From: Azolla caroliniana
Lineage: Eukaryota > Plantae > Polypodiophyta
Assembly: GCA_043228905.1 (NCBI GenBank)
Contig: JBHGNT010000018.1
Location: 9,672,001 to 9,736,000, forward strand
Direction: 5' to 3'
Length of the DNA: 64,000 nucleotides
Shown here: one piece after another, positions 60,193 through 64,000 of the stretch
Layout: the number at the start of each line of letters is the position of its first letter
Numbering within the stretch: position 1 is the stretch's first letter
Notes under the pieces: generated by a model
Database searches by the model: none
The model's input: the letters and a program-made list of their open reading frames with translations, nothing else
Told to the model about the DNA's origin: nothing
Program-made: the position numbers and the translations under genes

Positions 60193-62323
60193 TGTTGAGA
60201 GACAAGCTCAACATCGGCCAGATCGGCTGAAGAAGCCGAGGACCGGATCGGCTGGGACCGATCGGTTAGGCCGAGTGCGTAAACCGGGAGGTCGTTAGGA
60301 AAGATATTCTGTGAGGAATATATTTGGGAGTTAGTGTAGGACCTCTTAATGAGCATTGAAGTACTGTCAGTACTTCGGTCAGTCCTTCTAGGACTTGTAT
60401 AAAAGTGCTCATTGAGCACGTCTTATGTACACAGAGATTGAGTATTATTGTGAAATATAGTTTTTTGTCTTTCTCTCTGTCTCTCCCGCGTATACCGTGT
60501 AAGTCCAAGCTCTCCATTAAACCTGTGTTTCCTTCCTCTGTTCTGTCTTCATATCTGCTTCCGCACGCTACTTTTTACATGGTATCAGAGCGCGAGGCTT
60601 GAGAACCTCTCTGCAGCCGACACAGCTTGACGAAGAAGAACAAGAAGAACGATGGATAGAGGCATGGCAAGCTCACTTCCAACAGAGAAGCTCGACAGAA
60701 CCAACTACGCGTCTTGTTCCTACAAGATGCACCAGTACCTGCTCGGGCACGGCTACTGGAGCTATGTCGAAGGAGCTAATGACGCGGCACCCGAATCGAC
60801 ACACAAAGACTTCCCGTCGTGGGAGCAATCAGCGAGCAGGGTACTATACTGCTTCGCGTCATGTGTGGGCGAACATCTATTGAGCTATGTTCGGGATGCA
60901 AAGACGCCGAAGGGTGCGTGGGAAAATCTGAAGAAGATTTTCGCCGCGAGCACCACAACCAGGAAGCTTCAGCTCCGACAGGAGTTGAGCAACCTACGAC
61001 AACGCGACTTGTCGGTGCCGAACTATACCTCGAAGATCAAGGATATCTGCGACTCCCTCGCCTCCATAGAGGTGAACATCGAGGAGAACGAGATGGTCCA
61101 GATCTGTCTCGGAGGTTTGGCGTCGAAGTTCGGAGCGTTCCGAACGGCTGTGTGTACCCGGGAGAATACGCCGTCCTTTTTCGACTTACAGTCGATGCTC
61201 CTGGTAGAGGAGAACCACGCGGGTGCGTCTACAAGCACGCACACCAACAGCAGAATGTTGTACACGGAGGGAGATAGGCCCCGTGGACGTGGAGGACGAG
61301 GCGAGTCGGCACGCAATGGAGGCGGCCGACGAGATCAAGAAAGAAGGCACCGAAGTGATGCCGACAGCAACTCCGGACCCTCCGGAAACAGGGGGAGTCA
61401 AAGCGATGAGAACCGGCAAGGGAAGTCCATCGCGGAGTGCTGGTACTGTGGCAAGAAAGGCCACAGGGAAAGTGAGTGCTGGAAGAAGCGCGCCGATTCG
61501 GAGAGAACTGGTTCCGGGAAATCGGCAGCGATCGCACTACGATGAAGACTCCGGGAGAGCCGGAGAAGGGTCTGTCTTCGTGACGAGACACGAAGCAAAC
61601 TCAATGAAACAGAGCACCCCGAGATCGGACGAGGTGTGGTACGTAGACTCCGGCGCGTCAAACCACATGACGAGCCATAAGGAGTGGTTCTCGTACCTTG
61701 AAAAACCGATACAACCTGGAGTAGTCGCAACAGGAGACGACACTCCGCATCAGATCGCGAATGTCGGAGAAGTTCCCCTTAGCCATGTCGGGTAGAAAGG
61801 GAAACTCAAGAACGTGTTGCACATTCCGACAATCACGAAGAACTTGGTCTCGGTCGGACAGATTGTCGACCAAGGGATGGAGGTTCGGTTTACACACCTC
61901 GGGTGCTTCATTGAGGAAGAAGGTCGCGTGATTGCGCAAGGGCGCAGAGACGGGAGGATGTTCATCCTCGACTCCACTGACGGCGGCACCGCAATGTTCG
62001 CGAAGGGACAAAAGAACGAGTCGGACATCGACTTGTGGCACAAGTGGATAGGCCACGTCAACTACCAACGGCTTCAAGATCTACAAACGAAACAGGTAGT
62101 GTTCGGTTTGCCCAAATTTAGTGGCCGAAAGGCACAAATTTGTGAAGCCTGCCAGCTCGGGAAGCAACACCAACTTCCCTTCCCCAACGAGCGAAACCGG
62201 AGCCAGAACAAGCTCAACCTTATACACTCCGATGTATGGGGGCCGGCACAAAACGTTAGTCTTGGCGGGAGCCGATATTTCATCTCCTTCATCGACGACC
62301 ACACGCAGCACACGTGGATCTAC
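60193..62323 (+). mobile_element. Ty1/Copia family F, 5' part (LTR 60193-60579), inserted in an E-type LTR (60106-60192) and cut by Copia G2
   Basis: PBS TGGTATCAGAGC 60580-60591; close match to the element at 1-3246. Confidence 0.9.
60652..62323 (+). pseudogene. Copia F gag-PR-integrase start, frameshifted
   Basis: CWYCGKKGHRESEC knuckle; WYVDSGASNHM; HSDVWGP. Confidence 0.88.
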
Positions 62324-64000
62324 TGTTGGGATTTCGGTCCCTCCGGATGGGATGTCCAGAGATGAATGACGGCAAGCCCGGTTGCGGTTACGGAACCGGA
62401 TGATGAAGAGTACCCGGCATGAAGCCGGATGAAGAGTACCCGGCTACAGATCCGGATGATGAAGACCCCGGCTACGGAGCCGGATGCTGAAGACCCCGGC
62501 TACGGAGCCGGATGACGAATGTACCCGGAGAGAGATCCGGATGCGGGGACATATTTGTGAATATGTTTGCCAAGGGCCCTTGAGGCTATATTTGTAAATA
62601 GCCCGAAAGTCATATGTGTATAAATATGACTTAGGGCAAACAGTTTGTGTGCTGTTGCTCATTTTTCTGGTTTTCACTTAGAGGGAGAGAGTGAGAGCAG
62701 CCGAGAGAGAGTGAGAGAGAGAGAGAGACGAAGAGGTCGTTGCCTCTGTGTATTACCGCCGCCTGTGGCGAGGACAGCGAGCTCAAGGTCGTCGCCTTGC
62801 AGCTCGCCATTGTACAATCCCTACGCATAGTGATAGTTGGAGTTCGGGGACTCCCGTGGTTTTTCCCATTTAGGGTTTTCCACGTAAAACATCCTGTGTA
62901 CTCTTCTCTCTATTGTCTTTGTGCATTCTTTTTATTTCCTGTTTTCTGTTAGTTGATCCTATTCCTCGGTTGTGGCTGAGCACTGTGTTTAACAAAGTGG
63001 TATCAAAGCGACGGTAACACAGAAAATGGAAGGCGGCGGTAGTGGGCCTCCGGGCATGATGGTGTTGAACTCACAGAACTACGCCGACTGGAAGATAAAG
63101 ATGGAAGACCTTCTCATCGTCCGAGACCTGTACGAACCGATCGACAATGCCGAGATACCCAAGGGAGTAATAGAGTCGGAGTGGAAGCTCCTGAACCGGA
63201 AAGCCGTAGCGACGATCCGGCAATATGTCGATGTAAGTGTCCTGCAACATGTGGCGAACGATACGAACGCCTATGAGATGTGGCAGAAGCTGTCCGGACT
63301 GTATGAGAGGAAGAATGCTCTGACCCGGACCTCCCTGATGAGGAAGATAGTGAATCTTAAGTACCGGGACGGCGAGAGCATGGTCGAACACGTCAGCACG
63401 TTCATGGGATTCGTGAACCAGCTTGCGGCGATCAAGTTCCCGTTGGATGACGCAATGCAAGCCATCATGCTGATGTGTACCCTTCCGGAGAGCTGGGAGA
63501 ACTTGGTAGTTACACTCAGCACCTCCTGTAAGGAAGAGAACTTGAAGACAAGTATTCTAAATGAAGAAGCGCGTCGGAGAGATAAAGAACCGGCCTCCGA
63601 CTCGAAGGCGCTGCTTACCGAATCGGAACGGGGAAGACAACGGAACCGAAGTCCGCAAAGACGGGAGAAGTCGGGGACACGGTCGCAGTCGAGGGGAAGA
63701 CCTACATGCTTCTACTGTGGGAAGCCGGGGCACTTCCAGAAGAACTCTCGGCATTTCCGGAAAGACAACGGAACCGACGGTACCGATTCGAAGAAGTCAC
63801 CGGAGCGAAACGGTGCATACCGGGGAGCCGCGGACCGGAGACGTCCGGATCGGCGAGGGCAGGACCGGAAAGGAACGACGGCACTCGCGGCAAGTGAAGA
63901 AGAGATAATGCTCATTACCAAAGAGAGGGAGCTGAACCTTGCCGGTGAAGAGATGACCTGGGTGGTCGATTCCGGAGCGTCGTTCCACCTGACCCCGGAG
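62324..64000 (+). mobile_element. Ty1/Copia family G copy G2, 5' part (LTR 62324-62994), runs off window end
   Basis: TG..CA LTR with ~27-bp CCGG repeats; PBS TGGTATCAAAGC 62998-63009. Confidence 0.92.
63026..64000 (+). CDS. Copia Gag-Pol N-terminus, apparently open to the window end
   Basis: MEGGGSGPPGMMVLNSQNYADWKIKMEDLL.. to WVVDSGASFHL, collinear with the ORF at 23953. Confidence 0.8.
   Translation, partial: MEGGGSGPPGMMVLNSQNYADWKIKMEDLLIVRDLYEPIDNAEIPKGVIESEWKLLNRKAVATIRQYVDVSVLQHVANDTNAYEMWQKLSGLYERKNALTRTSLMRKIVNLKYRDGESMVEHVSTFMGFVNQLAAIKFPLDDAMQAIMLMCTLPESWENLVVTLSTSCKEENLKTSILNEEARRRDKEPASDSKALLTESERGRQRNRSPQRREKSGTRSQSRGRPTCFYCGKPGHFQKNSRHFRKDNGTDGTDSKKSPERNGAYRGAADRRRPDRRGQDRKGTTALAASEEEIMLITKERELNLAGEEMTWVVDSGASFHLTPE

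Overview
Gene-free, repeat-dense nuclear DNA of a seed-free land plant, probably a fern (inferred from unedited plastid fragments). The backbone is a degenerate ~530-bp tandem satellite carrying one tRNA-Arg(CCT)-derived copy per unit. It has been invaded by nested Ty1/Copia elements (tRNA-iMet PBS, 5-bp TSDs), Ty3/Gypsy elements (tRNA-Trp or tRNA-Ala PBS, 4-bp TSDs), a 5'-truncated LINE, a 300-bp foldback element and a mosaic plastid insertion. The most unusual structure is at 29999-41786. A full-length tRNA-Trp-primed Gypsy (A, +) and a different gag-only element (B, -) are fused tail-to-tail through unprocessed cDNA ends and share one ACGT target-site duplication, so they apparently integrated as a single heterodimer. 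The same Trp-primed group shows a -1 frameshift/pseudoknot signal after the protease, a covarying hairpin before the 3' LTR, and antisense tRNA-like (Pol III box A/B) cassettes in the LTRs of A and B. A 100-N gap is flanked by a probably artefactual 2.6-kb duplication. All calls are by eye; no searches or alignments were run.
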